Below, in pieces: positions 34,662-47,475 of a stretch of DNA of 64,000 bases. The stretch lies in NCBI GenBank assembly GCA_014905635.1, contig JABVCE010000013.1, positions 310,001 through 374,000 of the forward strand, read 5' to 3'. The position numbers and the translations under genes were made by a program. The DNA comes from Scenedesmus sp. PABB004. Its lineage: Eukaryota. The notes below the pieces were generated by a model. That model was not told the origin of the DNA. It saw only the letters and a list, made by a program, of their open reading frames with translations, and searched no databases. Position 1 is the first letter of the stretch, and every line of letters begins with the position of its first letter.

Positions 34662-35758
34662 ATGCGCGCCACGCTGTCCACCCGCCGCGGCGCCGCCGCC
34701 GCGGCCCACCCCGCGCGCGCTGGCCTCGTCGTGAGGTGAGCGCGACACAGCGGCCGCTCGCGGGCGCGCCTGGCTCGTGGGCTGGCCGCCGCCGGCTGCG
34801 AGCGCTTGCCGACCACACGTGAGCGCCGCGCCGCTGCCGCCCGCCGCGCAGGGCGTCGGCCCAGCAGCAGCAGCCCCTGCTGCGCCGCGCCGGCTCTGCC
34901 CTGCTGGCGGCGGGCGTGGCGCTGAGCCTCGCGGCCGGCCCGATGGCGCCGCCGCCGGCGCTTGCCGCGCCCGCCCGCCTCGCCGACCGCCGCGCGGAGA
35001 AGGAGGCTGCCCTCGCCGAGCAGCTCCAGAAGCTCGAGTACGCCTTCGAGCAGGAGCAGACCGCCCGCCGGGCCCAGCTCGTCGGCCAGTGAGCGCGCGC
35101 GGCCGCGTGCAGCTGGCTGAGGCGCGCGGCGCTGGCCGCGCTCGCGCCGTGCCTCGCTGACGACGGACGCCCGGCGCCCCGCAGGCGCCAGGTGCTTGAG
35201 AACCAGGTGGAGCAGGTGGAGACGGTCCTGCAGCGCAAGCTCATCGAGGAGACCGCCAACGAGCAGGCCGCCGCCAGCAAGGGGGTGCGCGCGCAGCGCG
35301 CCCGCGCCCGCGCGCGAGAAGATGGAGCCGGGCGGCGCAGGACGGCGCGCACGCACGGGCCGCCGCGCCGACGCCCGCGCGCCGCCTGCCTGCCGCGCGC
35401 CGCCCGCGCAGGAGGTGCAGCGCGCCGCGCGCATCGCGGCCGAGGCGGACCAGGTCCGCGCGCAGGAGGCGGCGCTGCAGGTGCGCTGCCGCGCGGCGCC
35501 CGCTTGCGCCGCCGGCCGTGCCCGCCAGCTGCCCCGGTCGCCACCGCACGCCGCCGGTGCGCGCCGCGCCGCGCCGCGCCGTGACCGCGCCGCGCCGCCG
35601 CCGCCGCGCAGGTTGCGGCGGCCAAGGCCGAGGCGCAGCTCGCGCGCGCCGAGCTGGTGGAGAAGGCGACGGAGGCGGCCGAGAAGCAGCAGGTTGACCG
35701 GGCGGCCGCGGGGACGATGGCCATGCTGGGCCTCAAGCCCAGCGACCTGGGGCTCTGA
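34662..35758 (+). CDS. Small coiled-coil protein with a bipartite plastid + Tat thylakoid-lumen targeting peptide, unknown function
   Basis: [63 protein letters not shown] has RR, a hydrophobic core and AxA. An E/Q/A-rich helix follows over 5 exons with consistent phases. Confidence 0.78.
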
Positions 35759-36097
35759 GCAGGGGCCCGCGGGGCGGGCGCGCAGGAGAGAGTGAGTGAG
35801 CCATCGATTCGTCGCGCGCTGCGGCGCCGGGGGCATTCCCCGCGCGAGAGAATAAGCGGGCAGCCGCGCGGGCGGCGGGGTTTGGGGTTTGCGGCGGCGG
35901 GCCCAATCGCGGGTTAAGTCCAGCACTCCTCCGGCACTCCTCGTCCGCCGCTCCACGCGCCTCAAGTCGCCCCCTCGCGAACACAGAGCGACCGAGAGCG
36001 GCAATCGCGCTCGGCGACAACGAGCTCAGCAGCGCGCCCCGCAGAGCGCCTCCGAGCCCGCCCCCGCGGCCGCCTCACCCTCCCGCCACCGTCCGAG

Positions 36098-36490
36098 ATG
36101 GTTCCCGCGCGCCTGGTGGCCCTGCTGGTCGCTGCCGCGCTCGTCGCGGGCAGCAGCGGCGCCGCCGCCGCGCGCGGCCTGCTCCAGGGCGTGGCCGTGT
36201 CCGCGCCCTTCACGGACGTCGTGGTCGCCGGCAACGCGCCCGGCAACGCCACGGCCGTCAGCGTCGACGCCCCCGGCACGCACGCGGACGTCGGCGGCGG
36301 GCGGCGCCTGACGGCGGTCGTCGCGACGTTCCCGGGCGGATCCGTCAACGTCTCGTCCAGTGGCGTGACCGTTTCCGCGCCGGGCACGACCGTGCGCGTC
36401 GCCAACGCCAGCACCCACGGCAACGTCACGCGCGTGAGCGTCACCGCCTCGCCGGGCACCGACGTGGGCGTGCACAGCGCGGGCCGGTGA
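36098..36490 (+). CDS. Small intronless secreted protein with five VxVxAPGTxVxV-like repeats
   Basis: Signal peptide MVPARLVALLVAAALVAGSSG, then RGLLQ. Val/Thr-rich repeats with coding-like codon use (GTC/ACG/AAC). Confidence 0.75.
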   Translation: MVPARLVALLVAAALVAGSSGAAAARGLLQGVAVSAPFTDVVVAGNAPGNATAVSVDAPGTHADVGGGRRLTAVVATFPGGSVNVSSSGVTVSAPGTTVRVANASTHGNVTRVSVTASPGTDVGVHSAGR

Positions 36491-36657
36491 GCGCGCGCGC
36501 GCGGCGAGCCGGCGGCCAGTTGCTCAAGCGAGGCGGCGAGTTGCCTAGGTTGCCACAGCGACTGCGAGTTGCCTTAACTCAGAGTAAAGCCAGGCCGTGC
36601 CCGCGCGTGCGCAGCCCGCCAGCCCACGCGTCGACGCCCCGACTGCTCCGCCGCCGC

Positions 36658-39600
36658 TCACGCGTACGCCGCCGGCGGGGCCGAGGGGTCGTTGGAGACG
36701 GCGATGCTGGGGAACGCTGCCGCGGGGCGGTCGTACGGCACGGCGTAGCTCTCCTCCAGCGGCGTGGGCGCGGCCCAGCGCTCCGGCGCACCCGGCGCGG
36801 GCTCGCTGCGGCGGTAGCAGAGTGGCCCCGTGTCGCCGAGCGAGACCTCGCAGCGGTACGTCGGCGCGCGCGGCAGCGCGGCGCGGTCGGCCGCGCTGCG
36901 CGCGCGGGCGGCGGCGGGGGCGGCGGCGGCGGCGGCGTGTGAGCGGGCGCGCGGCGCGCTGCGGCGGCCAGCCCGGTCGCTGCCGGCCCGGCAGCCGCGG
37001 GCCGCCCCCGGCCCGCACCCGTCGAGCGCCGACAGCGGGTAGCTCGCCACCTTGCCGGCGGGCGGCGGCGCCCTGGCGTGCGCGCGCACGCCCGAGGCCA
37101 GCGCCGCCACCTTGGCGCCCGCCGCGTCGCCGCGCTGGCCGCCCGGCGGTGCCTGCAGCTGCCCCGGGCGCTGCGCGAACGGCGGGGGGACCGGCGGGTA
37201 GGCCCGGGCGCCGCCGGCGCCGTCGCTGCTGTCGCTGCTGCGGCCGCCGCGGCCGCCGCGCAGCACCTGGGCGGCGTCGTACGTCGCGCGCGCCGGCGGC
37301 GGGGCCGCCGGCGAGGCCTCGCCGGCGCCGGCCGGCGCGGCGGCGCCGAGCGGCTGCAGGGACGCGGCCTCGGCCGCCGCGGACGCCGCGGCCGCGGCCG
37401 CCGCGGCCGCGCAGAGCTGGTCGCCGCGCGGCGAGGGCATCAGGCCGCCCGCGGGCGCGGGGAGCTGGGGGTAATACTTGCCGACCGCCAGCGCCGCCGC
37501 GACGGCCGCCGCGACCGCCGCGTCGTCGGGCGAGGCCGCGGGGCGGCCGCCGCGCGCCGCCGCGCCCTCGCTGCGCGCGCTGCCGGGCGCGGCGGCGCCC
37601 GCGCCGTCGTCGTCGCCGTCCTCGGCCGCCGCCGCGCGACGGGCGTGCTGGGCGTGCGCCTGCTGCGCCTGCTGGTACTGTTGCAGCACAGCCTGGCGCT
37701 GCAGCTGCTGCTGGTACTGCTGGCGCTGCACCTCCAGCTGCGCCTCCATGTCCTCCTCCAGCTGCCGCTGCCGCCGGCGGCCGTGCGACGACGGCGGCTC
37801 CTGCTGCGCCTCGTCGGGCGCGGCCGCACCGCTGGTGCCGCCTGCGGCGCGCGAAGCGGTGGCGGCGGCGTTGGCCAAGCGCGCGGTGAGTTTGCGCCGG
37901 GCGCCGCTGGCGGGCTCGCAGGGAGCTCGGCCTGGCCGCGCGGCGGGCTTGGGCGCCCCGCGGCCCGCAGCCCTCCGCACCCGCTTGCCACGCCTGCTGG
38001 AGCAGCAGCTGCTGATAGAGCAGCTCCTCCTTGCGGGCGGGGTCGGCCGCCTCGTACGCGCGCAGCAGCTGCGGGTGCAGCAGGCTCGCCGCCGCGCCGG
38101 CCGCCGCCGCGGCGCGGCTCGGAGGCCGCGCGGGGGGCGGCGCGCCCCGCCGCCGCGCGGCGCCGCCGCGCGGCGGGCCTGCGCCGGCGCGGCGCCGGCG
38201 CGGCCGACGGCGCTGACGTCCGCGCCGGTGGCCGCCGCGGTCGCGGCGGCCGCGGCCTGCAGCACGCGCCCGTGGTCGCGCTGCATGCGCTCGCGCAGCA
38301 GCTGGTTGCGCCGCTGCTGCGCCGCCAGCAGCCGCCGGCTCTTCTCCAGCTGCAGCCGCGCGCGGTGCGCGCGCAGCGGGCTGAGCGCCTGGTCGCAGGC
38401 CGCGACCTCCGCCGCCGCCGCCTCCGCCGCAGCCTCGACTGCCGCCAGGTCCAGCGCCGGCGGCACGCCGCGCCGCGCCGCCGCCGCGGCCCGCTGGTCC
38501 GGCGAGCGCGGGCCGCCCTGCTCGCCGCCGCCGCTGGCGTCGCTGCTGCTGCGGCTGAACTGCGTGCTGCCGCGCAGCCGCGCGAGCAGCAGGCTGCCGC
38601 CGCCGCCGTCCGCGCTGGCTGCCGCTTCGCCGCCCGGCGCCGCCGCCGCCGCCGCGAGGCTGGCAGTGAGGGGCGGCGCCGAGGGGCTGCCGCTGAAGCT
38701 GTGCTTGAGTCCATGCCCCGCCGGGGGCGAACCGGCCTCGCACTTGGGCGTGCCGCCACCACCGCCGGCGCCGTCAAACGCGCTGTCGGTGCGCGCGAGC
38801 GAGGGCGGCGCCCGCTGCGGGCGGCTGGCGTCGTCCATGCTCTTGCGCGGCCGCGCCAGCCCCAGGATGGCGCCGAGGCCCTGCCCCAGGCTGCCCACGA
38901 GCTTGTGCCCTCGCCGCGAGGGCGTCTCTGGCTCGGGCGCCGGCGGCGCCGCCGCCGCCGACAGCGAGCCCGACGCGGCGCCGCCAAGCGGCGGCGGGCC
39001 GCCGCGCAGCGCGGCGACGAACGAGCCGGCCGGGCCGTCCGCGGCGGAGAGGTGGTCGTGCTGGAAGCTGGCCGCCGCCGCGCTGCCGGCGGCCTTGGGC
39101 GTGGCCATGCGGCCGCTCGCGGCCGAGCAGAGCGACCCCGACGGCGCGAGCGTGAGGCCGGGGATGTCCAGCCCCGCCGCGAGGGCCTTGGACGAGGTGG
39201 AGACCTCGACGTCAAACAGCACCTGCCCCAGGCAGACCCCTGCGGCGCCGCCGCGAGCCTGGGACCCCCACGGCCGGCGCCGGCTCTGTGCCGGCGGAGC
39301 GCCCCGGGCTGCCCGGCGGCGCGGCGCAGCGCGCCCGGCGGCGGCGCGGCGCGCGGCGCGCACCTGAGCCGCTCACGAGCGGCGCCGACGCGCCGAGGCA
39401 GCCCGCCTGCAGCATCGAGGCGACGTCGACCGCGCACTGCCCCAGGAACGTCGCGGGGTGGCGCGACGCGTCAAAGGCCTGCGCGGGCGGCCGGCGGCGT
39501 CGGGCGGCGTTGGGCGCCCTGCCGCGCGCGCCGCTGGAGCCGCTTGCGGCTCTCCCTCTCCCTCTCCCTCTCTCTCCCTCTCTCTCTCCCTCTCTCTGCC

Positions 39601-40122
39601 CGCCAGCTGTGCCCCCACGCGGTCACGCACCATGATGACCAGGTCGGCGGTCGGCACATAGGGGAAGGTCGCCTTGCGATTCCACGCCGTGACGGTGCCG
39701 GCTGCAGCCAGGCCAGCCGCGGGGAGATGGCGCGCGCGCGTCAGCGCGCGCGACGCACGCCGAGGCGCCCGGGGGCGCGCAGCAGCCCGGGTGCGCGCCG
39801 CGCCGCACCCACCTGCCGCGACGTCGGTCTGCTGCTGCTGGCCGTTGTGGTCCACCACGAGGTAGGGCGCCGTCACGCCTGCGCGGGGCGGCCGCGGCGG
39901 CGTCGGCGTGCGCTGCGGCCGCCGGCTCGCGCGGCGCGCCCCGCAGCAGCGGCGCGACCCCGCCGCGCCGTTCTGCTGGCGCCGGCTCCATAGCGTCTCG
40001 ACGACTGCGACGCAGGGGCGGTCGCGGGGTGCGTCGGCCAGGGCGGGCGCGCGCTCGGCGGCGTGCCACGCCCCCTGCCGCCCCGGCCAGCACTGACCGT
40101 GGACGTGGAGCACGCACGCCAT
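36658..40122 (-). CDS. Protein with an N-terminal C2 domain and a long low-complexity/coiled-coil C-terminus
   Basis: Spliced [92 protein letters not shown]...[13 protein letters not shown] follows the C2 beta-strand pattern (PY, T, WN..F, D, FLG). Confidence 0.72.
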
Positions 40123-40795
40123 CGCAGCGGTCCTTGTGCGCTACGCAGACAGCAGCATTTCTGGCCCACACGCGCAGCGGCGAGGCGTCCGCGCGTCTCG
40201 GCGCGCAGCTGGCCTCGCGAGGGGCGCGGGCGCCGAGTGCCGCGGCGCAGCTGCCTGCGCGGGCGCGTGGGCGCGCGGTGCGACCTGAGGGTGACTGCGG
40301 GAGCGTGGGACGGAGCGCGAGCTTGCGGCGCCCCGGCGGCGGCGCGGTACGTCGCCCGGCGACCGCCGTCACACGAGCGCCGCCCCCGCCCTGGACGCAC
40401 ACCACCGAACGACCCCTGACTGACCCTGAGCTCGCTTGGCCCCAGTCGCCGCCTACGCCTCGTCAAGTCCTGCCCGCCGCACGCACACGCCACTCGCCAC
40501 GCCCACGCATCGCGAGTGCCGCCCGATCGAGTTTTCGCCGCGCCCGCATGCGCACACGTAATGACCATGACCATGACCATGCCCCAAAAACGCAGCTGGC
40601 CGCTGCTGCACACGCACACACATACGGGTGCGCGCCGCGCGGGCGCCGCGCGCGGAGGGTGCGCCGCGCCGGCGCCTCGCGTCGCGTCACTGCCGCAACA
40701 CACCCAAGAATGCCTCAAGCCGCACACGACACACGCACACGCGCGCGCACACGCGCACAAGCCCACAGACGCCCCCGCCCCAGGGCCAGCGCGCC

Positions 40796-43248
40796 TCAGT
40801 TGTCGGCGCCGGCAGGCGCCGGCGCCCCGCCGTCGGCCGACCCCGCCGGCGACGGCGAGCCGCCGCGCGACGCGCCCGCCTCGGGCGCCGCCTCGCCCTC
40901 GGCGTGCGGGCGCGCCCAGACCGCGTAGTCCTTGCCGCTCGCGGCCTTGACCCAGCCCTGGTCCTTGGGCGGGAGCAGGTCGCCCATGTCGAGGCGGGGG
41001 CCGAGCTTGACCACGACCGCGCCGCGCCCGCCCGTCACGCGCGCGACGTACATGTCGCCCTTGGCCGCGAGGATCTCCAGCTTGCTCCGCGCAACGATGC
41101 CCGCGTCGCGGCGCACCTGCGGCAGGGTACGGCGGGGCGCGGCGCGGCGCGGCGGCGCGGCGGCGCTCGCCCACGGCCCGCCCCGCGGCGCGCGCACGCG
41201 CGCCGGCGCCCCATCGTGGACGCGGCGGCCTCGCTCCCCCCGCGCGCCGTGCCTTGATGAGCGCGTCGATCTCGCCCCGCAGGCCGCTGCCCCAGTCAAA
41301 GAAGTGCTCGTAGAACACACACGGCATGCCCGGGTGCGTGAGCAGGTACGCGTAGCCCTGCCCCACCGCGCCGCTCGGGAAGGGCCAGTGCGCCTGCGCG
41401 CTGCCTGCGCGCGGCGGAGGCCGGGTCTGTCTGCTTCTGCGCCGCGGCCGCGCGCGCGGCGCGAGGCCGGCCGCGGCGCGCCGGCCGCGCCGCGCCGCCC
41501 CACCTGTGTCGTGGTTGTCGATGAACGTGACGGCCTTGCTGGGCCACCACCCGATCAGCCCCGGCGCCTTGCCCTTGCCGTCGCGCAGGCGGTGGTACTC
41601 GCACTTGCGCAGCGCCTCCTGCAGGACGCCCTTGGTCACAAAGTCAAACGCGGTCGCGCTGCGCTGCGTGCCGTCGATCCAGTCGCAGAGGCGCTGCCGC
41701 GCGGCGTCCTGGTTCATGCCCAGCACGCCTGGCCCGGCCGGCCGGCGGCAGGGTGCGGGGCGGCCCGCGGCGAGGTCGGCGCGGCGGCGGCGCGGCGCGC
41801 GGGGCGGCGGCGCGCGGTGCGGCGGTGCGGCGCGCGGCGTGCCGCGCCGTGCCGCACCGCCGTCCTCCCACTGGAGGTCGACCCAGAGCTCGCCGACGTT
41901 GAGGTCGGTGCCGGCGCCGCTGTCGTGGACGTACTGCTTGATGAACTGGGCCCCATAGCCCTGCAGCGCGGCAGCACCGTGGCAGCGGCGCGGCGCGGCG
42001 GTCGAGGGGCGCGGCCCCCGCCGGCGGCGGCAGCCAGGGCCAGCCACGCAGCGCCGCGCGCGCCCCGGCGGCGAGTGCGCACCCGCGCAAAGTCGAAGCG
42101 CCAGCCAGTGAAGCCCACGTTGTCGCGCAGGTGCTGCAGCCAGTGCACCAGCGCCTCGCGCAGGTGCGGGTTGGCGTGGTCGAGGTCGGGCGCGCCTGCG
42201 CGCGCGCGGGCGGCGGCGTCGGCCCCGACGCGGGCCGGCCCGCGCCGCGACGGCGGCGGCGGCCGGCCGACTGCTGCTGCTGCGCCTGCTGCCGCTGCTG
42301 CTGCGCCTCTGCGCCTCCGCGCGGCGCACGCGCCGGCGCGCGGCGCACCCCAGAAGTCGTCGCCCGTGTCCCGGTTGCCCTGGCCGCCAAACTCCTTGTC
42401 GTCGCTCGTGATCGCCCACTGGCCCCAGTCGATGGCGTGGCCCTCGTGGTCGTGGTCGTCGGCGTAGCGGTTCCACCGCCCCTCCGCGTCCTGCGTGTCG
42501 GCGCACCGGTGGTTGATGACGATGTCGGCGATCGGGCACACGCCCGCGGCCTTGAGCGCGGCGGTGAGCGCCACGAGCTCCGCCTCGTTGCCGTAGGCGC
42601 TCGACAGGTTGTACAGCTGGCCGGGCATGTAGCCCTGCGGCGCGCGCATGTGGGGGGCGGGGGAACCGGGGACGGGGCGTCGGCGGGCGGCGCCCTCGCT
42701 GCCCAGCGGCCGGCGGCGCGCAAGCAAACGCCGCGGGCGCACGGCGCACCTCAGGCGCGACCGAGTTGGAGGGCGGTGGCAGCCAGACGTGCGAGAAGCC
42801 CGCAGCCTGCGCGCCGCGGCGCGTGAGCTGCGAGCGCGCCCGCGCAGCGGCGTCGCCCGTGCGGCCGGCCGCGCGCCGCACCTGGATGTCCGGCACCTTG
42901 CTCGCGAGCACGTTGTACCAGCCCTTGGTCTTGTGGGAGGTCCAGCCGAAGCCTGGGAGGCCCGGCGGCGCGGGCGGCGGCGCGCGCGCTCGCTGCTGCC
43001 GCTCGCGCGCGCGTCGCCGCCGCGTCGCCGCCGCGGCCCGCCCCCGCGCGCGCCCAAGGGTGCGCGCGCGCACCCTGCAGCATGAGGCCGTCCACGCCAA
43101 GCGCTCGGGCGTCGCTGGCGGTCGCCGGGGGCGCCGATACCTCGGTGGCCAGGCTCGCGACGCGCGCCTGGCGGGCGCGCGGCGCCACGCGCGGGCGCGG
43201 AGCGCCTGCGAGGCCCGCGGGCGCGCGGTGGAGGCCCGGCGCGGCCAT
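40796..43248 (-). CDS. AMY: Alpha-amylase (GH13, plant AMY type), probably plastid-targeted
   Basis: Motifs [84 protein letters not shown] and [17 protein letters not shown]. Confidence 0.96.
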
Positions 43249-43501
43249 GACGGGCGCGATCGCGCCGGGCGACGACTGCTGCTGCCGAGTCAAGCCCTAG
43301 GTCGATCGGGGCCGCCGGACGCGCGGCACGGCGGGCTGGTGGCCGGGGCGAGCTGGCGCGACGGTCCTCGTGCGGCGGCGGCGGGGGCGGCGGCGGTTCG
43401 GGGTCCCGAGCGCCGTCACTTTGCTCGCGCCGCCAGCGTGCCGCCCGCGCAGATCGGTGACCCGCGCCACACGCCGCCGCCGCCGCCGCCGCCGCTGTCC
43501 G

Positions 43502-46500
43502 TCACGCGGCGCCGCCGGCGCCGAGGCTGTGCCGCAGGCGCAGGTGGTGCGGGCACGCGGCGAGCAGGTCCGGCCCCGCGGCGCGGCAGCCGCGCACGTC
43601 GAGCGACACGAGCCGCCCGCCCGCGGCGGCGCCGGCGAGCGCGCGCGCGAGCCCCGCGGCGCTCAGGGCGCAGTCGGAGAGGTCCAGCTCCTCGAGCGCG
43701 GGCAGCGCGCGCACCGCGGCGTCGAGCCCCGCGCCGTCGCCGGCGAGACCGCCCGCGCCGCGCAGGCAGAGCGAGCGCAGGCGCGGCAGGCCGCCGAGCG
43801 CCTCGACCACGGCGCCGCCCGCGCGCGTGCCGGCGAGGGAGAGCGCCTCGAGGCGCGTGGTGCACGCGGCCGCGTGCCGCGCGGCCGCGTCGCCGACGTC
43901 GGGGCAGCCCGCGAGCGACAGCTCGCGCAGGCCCGGCAGCGCGCCGAGCAGGCGGCGCAGCTGGCCGCAGTGCACGCCCGACACGCCCGCGAGCTCGAGC
44001 CGCGTCAGGCCGCCGCCGCACGCGGGCGCGGCCACGCAGCCCGTGAACGCGTTGCCCCAGGGCAGCGCCTTGAGCGCGAGCGAGCACAGCGCCGGCGGCA
44101 GCAGGTCCTGCGCGAGCGCCTCGGCCGCGGCCACGGCCTTGCAGCCGTCCAGCACGAGCGCGGTCACGCCGCGCAGCGCCCGCAGCGCCGACAGGCCGCC
44201 CGGCCCGAGCGCCGCGCAGCCGTGCAGGCGCAGCACGGCGAGCTGCTGCGGCGGCGGCGCCGCCGCCGCGCCGGGCCAGGGCGCCGCCGCGGGCACGGCG
44301 CAGCTGCTGAAGCTCCCAAAGCTGCGCGTGCTGCCAAAGCTGGGCGCGCGCGCGGCGAGGTTGTGGCTGCTGTTGCTGCGGCTGCTGCTCGCGCTCAGCG
44401 CCGGCGCGCCGCCGCCGAGCAGCTGCCTGCTGCTCGCGCTGCGCCCCGCGCCCGGCCCGCGCGGGCTGGTCGGGCTGGGCGCGGCGCAGGCGAGGCTCCA
44501 GAGCATGTGCGGTGGGGGCGCCGCCGCCGCCGCCGCCGCCGCCGTGCCAGCCGGCGGCGGCGGCGCGGCGGCGGCGGCGAGCAGCTCGCAGTCGACGTCG
44601 CCCCAGCACGGCGCGGTGACCTCGAGGCAGCGCAGCGCCGGCAGCGCCGCGGCGGCGCGCCCGATGGCGCCCGGGCCCAGGTCCTGGGTGAGCCCGAGCG
44701 ACAGGCTGGTGAGGCCGGAGAGCTGGCGCAGCGCGAGCAGCCCCGCCGCGGTGGCGTGCATCGCCTCGGTCAGCGTGAGCGCGCGCAGGCTGGTGAGCTT
44801 GGCCAGCTCCGCCAGGCCCGTGTCGCCCGTGGCCCAGAGGCCGCAGAGCTTCAGCTTCGCGAGCCGCGTGAGGCCGGCCAGGCGCCAGAGCGCCGCGTCG
44901 GGCAGCTTTGCGTTGCCCAGCTCCAGCGACGTCAGCCCCGTCAGCGCCGCGACCGCGGCCAGCTCGGGGCCGGGGCTCTTGAACGTCACCTCGGAGCACG
45001 TGAACGCGAGGCTCCGGAGCCGGGGGAAGGGCATCGCCGGCAGCGGCTTGTCCGCCGACGCGCGGCGGCGGCTGAAGCGGCTGGCGGCGCCCGCGCCGCC
45101 GCCGCCGCCGCCGCCCCCGCCGTCGCCGCTGCCGCTGCCGCCGCCGCCGCCGCCGCAAAACTCGGCGCCGCCCTCCTCGCCCGCCAGGTAGGCCAGCAGC
45201 GCCGCCTGCACCGACGTGCTCTGGCGCCCGAGCGAGCCGCTGCTGAGCGCCGCCGCGGCCGCGGTGGTGCTCTGCCGCACGAGGCTGCCCACGCGCTCGA
45301 CCGCGGAGTAGAGCACCGACGGCGCCGCGCCGGCGCCGGGCGCGCCGGGCGGCGCAGACGCCGCGCGCGGCGCCGGCTGGCCCGCGCTGATGCTCCAGCA
45401 GCCGCCCAGCGGGGGCGGCAGCCCCTGCCCCGCCGGCTGGCCGCCGCCGGCAGCGCCCGCGGCGCCGCGGCTGCCGTCCGCGCAGGCGGGCTCGCCGTCG
45501 GCCGGCTCGTCGGCGCAGTCGATGAAGGCGGGCTCGCAGGCCGCCGCCGCTGCCGCCGCCGCCTGCTGCTGCTGCTTCTGCTTGCGGTACAGCAGCCGCC
45601 GCACGCCGCCGCCGCCGTCCTGCGAGCCGCCGCCCGAGCTGCTGCGGCCGTTGCCGACGGCGCCCTTGGCGAGCTGCGCGGCGCCGGCGGAGGCGCTGCG
45701 GCCCTGCGCCATGCGCGCCAGCAGCCCCGCCGCGCCCGACCGCTGCCTCACGAGCCCGCCCGGGGCGGCGCCGCCGCTGGCGCTCGACGACGTGCGGAAC
45801 AGCCGGCCGCCGCCCGGCAGCCAGCCGCCCAGGCGGCTCGCGACGCCGCCGCCGCCGCTGCCGCCGCTGCCGCTGCCGCCGCCGCTGCCGTCGGCCTCGT
45901 ACGCGGCGCACGCGGCGCGCCACGCGTCGTGGAGCTCGCGCCAGCCGACCTTGCCGCAGTGCCGCAGCTCCAGCACCTCAAGGTTGCCCAGCGCCGCCAG
46001 CAGCAGCAGCGCGCGCGGCGACAGGCTGGCCGCGCCCCGGATGCGCAGCTCGCGCAGCGTGGGCGCGAGCGGGTGCAGCGCCTGCGCGCGGCGGCGGCGG
46101 CGTGAGCTGGGCGGCGCCCCCGCGCGGGGCGGCACGGCGGCGGCGGCGGCGGCGGCGGCTGCACTGCAACCGCCCACGCCCCACCTGCAGCGAGCGGTCC
46201 TGCAGCGCCTGGCCGTGCGGGATGTGCAGCGCGCGCAGCTGGCGCGCGGCGGCGAGCGCGCCGAGCTGCTGCGCGCCCACGGCCGAGAGCCGGCCGCCGA
46301 TCGTGAGCTCCTGAAGACAGGGCAGTGCCAGCGCCATGAGCTCCAGCTGCCCCTTCCACGCGCTCACGCTCGCCGGCTCGGGCGGCGTCGTCGCGCGCGT
46401 GGCCAGCGCCGCGAGCGCCTTGAGCCAGGCCTTGCACACGAGCCGCGCGCGCCGCAGGTCCGCCGCCGACAGCCAGCGGCACGCGTCCTGCGGGCGGGGC

Positions 46501-46844
46501 GGCGCCGGGTGGGTGGGGCGGTGCGCGAGGAGAGCGGCGGCGCGCGCGCGCAGCAGTACGGGCGCGCGGCGCTGCTGTGCGACGCGGCGCGGCGCGGTGG
46601 CTGCGCGCCGGCTCGGCTGCAGCCGGCCACGCGCTGGCCGCAGCGCGTTGGCAGCTCCCGGGCGCAGCGCGGCCGAGGAGGGCAGGGGAGCGCGCGGCAG
46701 TAGGGCGCCCCCCACCCGCAGAATCTGCTCCTCCACGCCGCCAGCCCAGGCCGTGCCGTCGCTGGAGCACGCGGGAAACACGCTGGCTCCTCCCGCTCCG
46801 CCCGGCTCGGCGCCGTCGCTGCCGCAGCCGACGAGGCCGGACAT
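43502..46844 (-). CDS. F-box-like / leucine-rich repeat (RNI-like) protein
   Basis: EEQILR-DACRWLSAADLRRARLVCKAW is F-box-like. Many LxxLxxLxLxxC repeats follow, e.g. LTGLTSLELG, LPGLRELSLAGCPDVGD and LPALEELDLSDC. Confidence 0.8.
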
Positions 46845-47475
46845 GGCGCGCGAGCGCCCGACCCGACGCCGACGCGCCCCCGAGAGCGCTCCCCGAGCGG
46901 GCGGTAATGCGCGGGGAAGCTGCGCTTGCGGAAGGCCACCAGCGGGCGGGTTTGGCTCTTCGTCGGGGTGTTGCACGCGGCGCCGCCGCCGCTCGCACGC
47001 GACCGCTCCTCGGCATGTGCACCGCCGCCGCTGGGTCAAAAGAGAACACGCATGCATGTGCAAAGATGCGCGTGCGCGGGCGCGCCGCGCGGGCGCGCGC
47101 GCGGTGGGCGGTGGGGGGCTGACCCGGCACCCGCGACCGCAGCGCGCGCCGCGCGGCGCGCCGCCGCAAAGAGACCGATCGCCCGCCCGTCGTCGTTCTT
47201 CTTCTCCACGGCGTCCCGTTTGATGGGGCTGCGATGGGCGCTCTCTCTCTCTCCGGCCGCCGCCTCCTCCTCCCAGCACGCTCCGAACGCCGCAAACGGC
47301 GACGACGACGAACACGACCACGCGGGCAGAGACCACAAACCGCAAGCGAGAAGTGCAGGGACGGGCAGCCCATCAGACACAGCCGCCTCTGGGGCGGCGA
47401 TGAGTGTTTCGTGCGATGCTCTCGCTCGCTGGCGGGCACGCAAGCAAGCGGGGCGCGCGCTGCGCTCGGAAAAAC

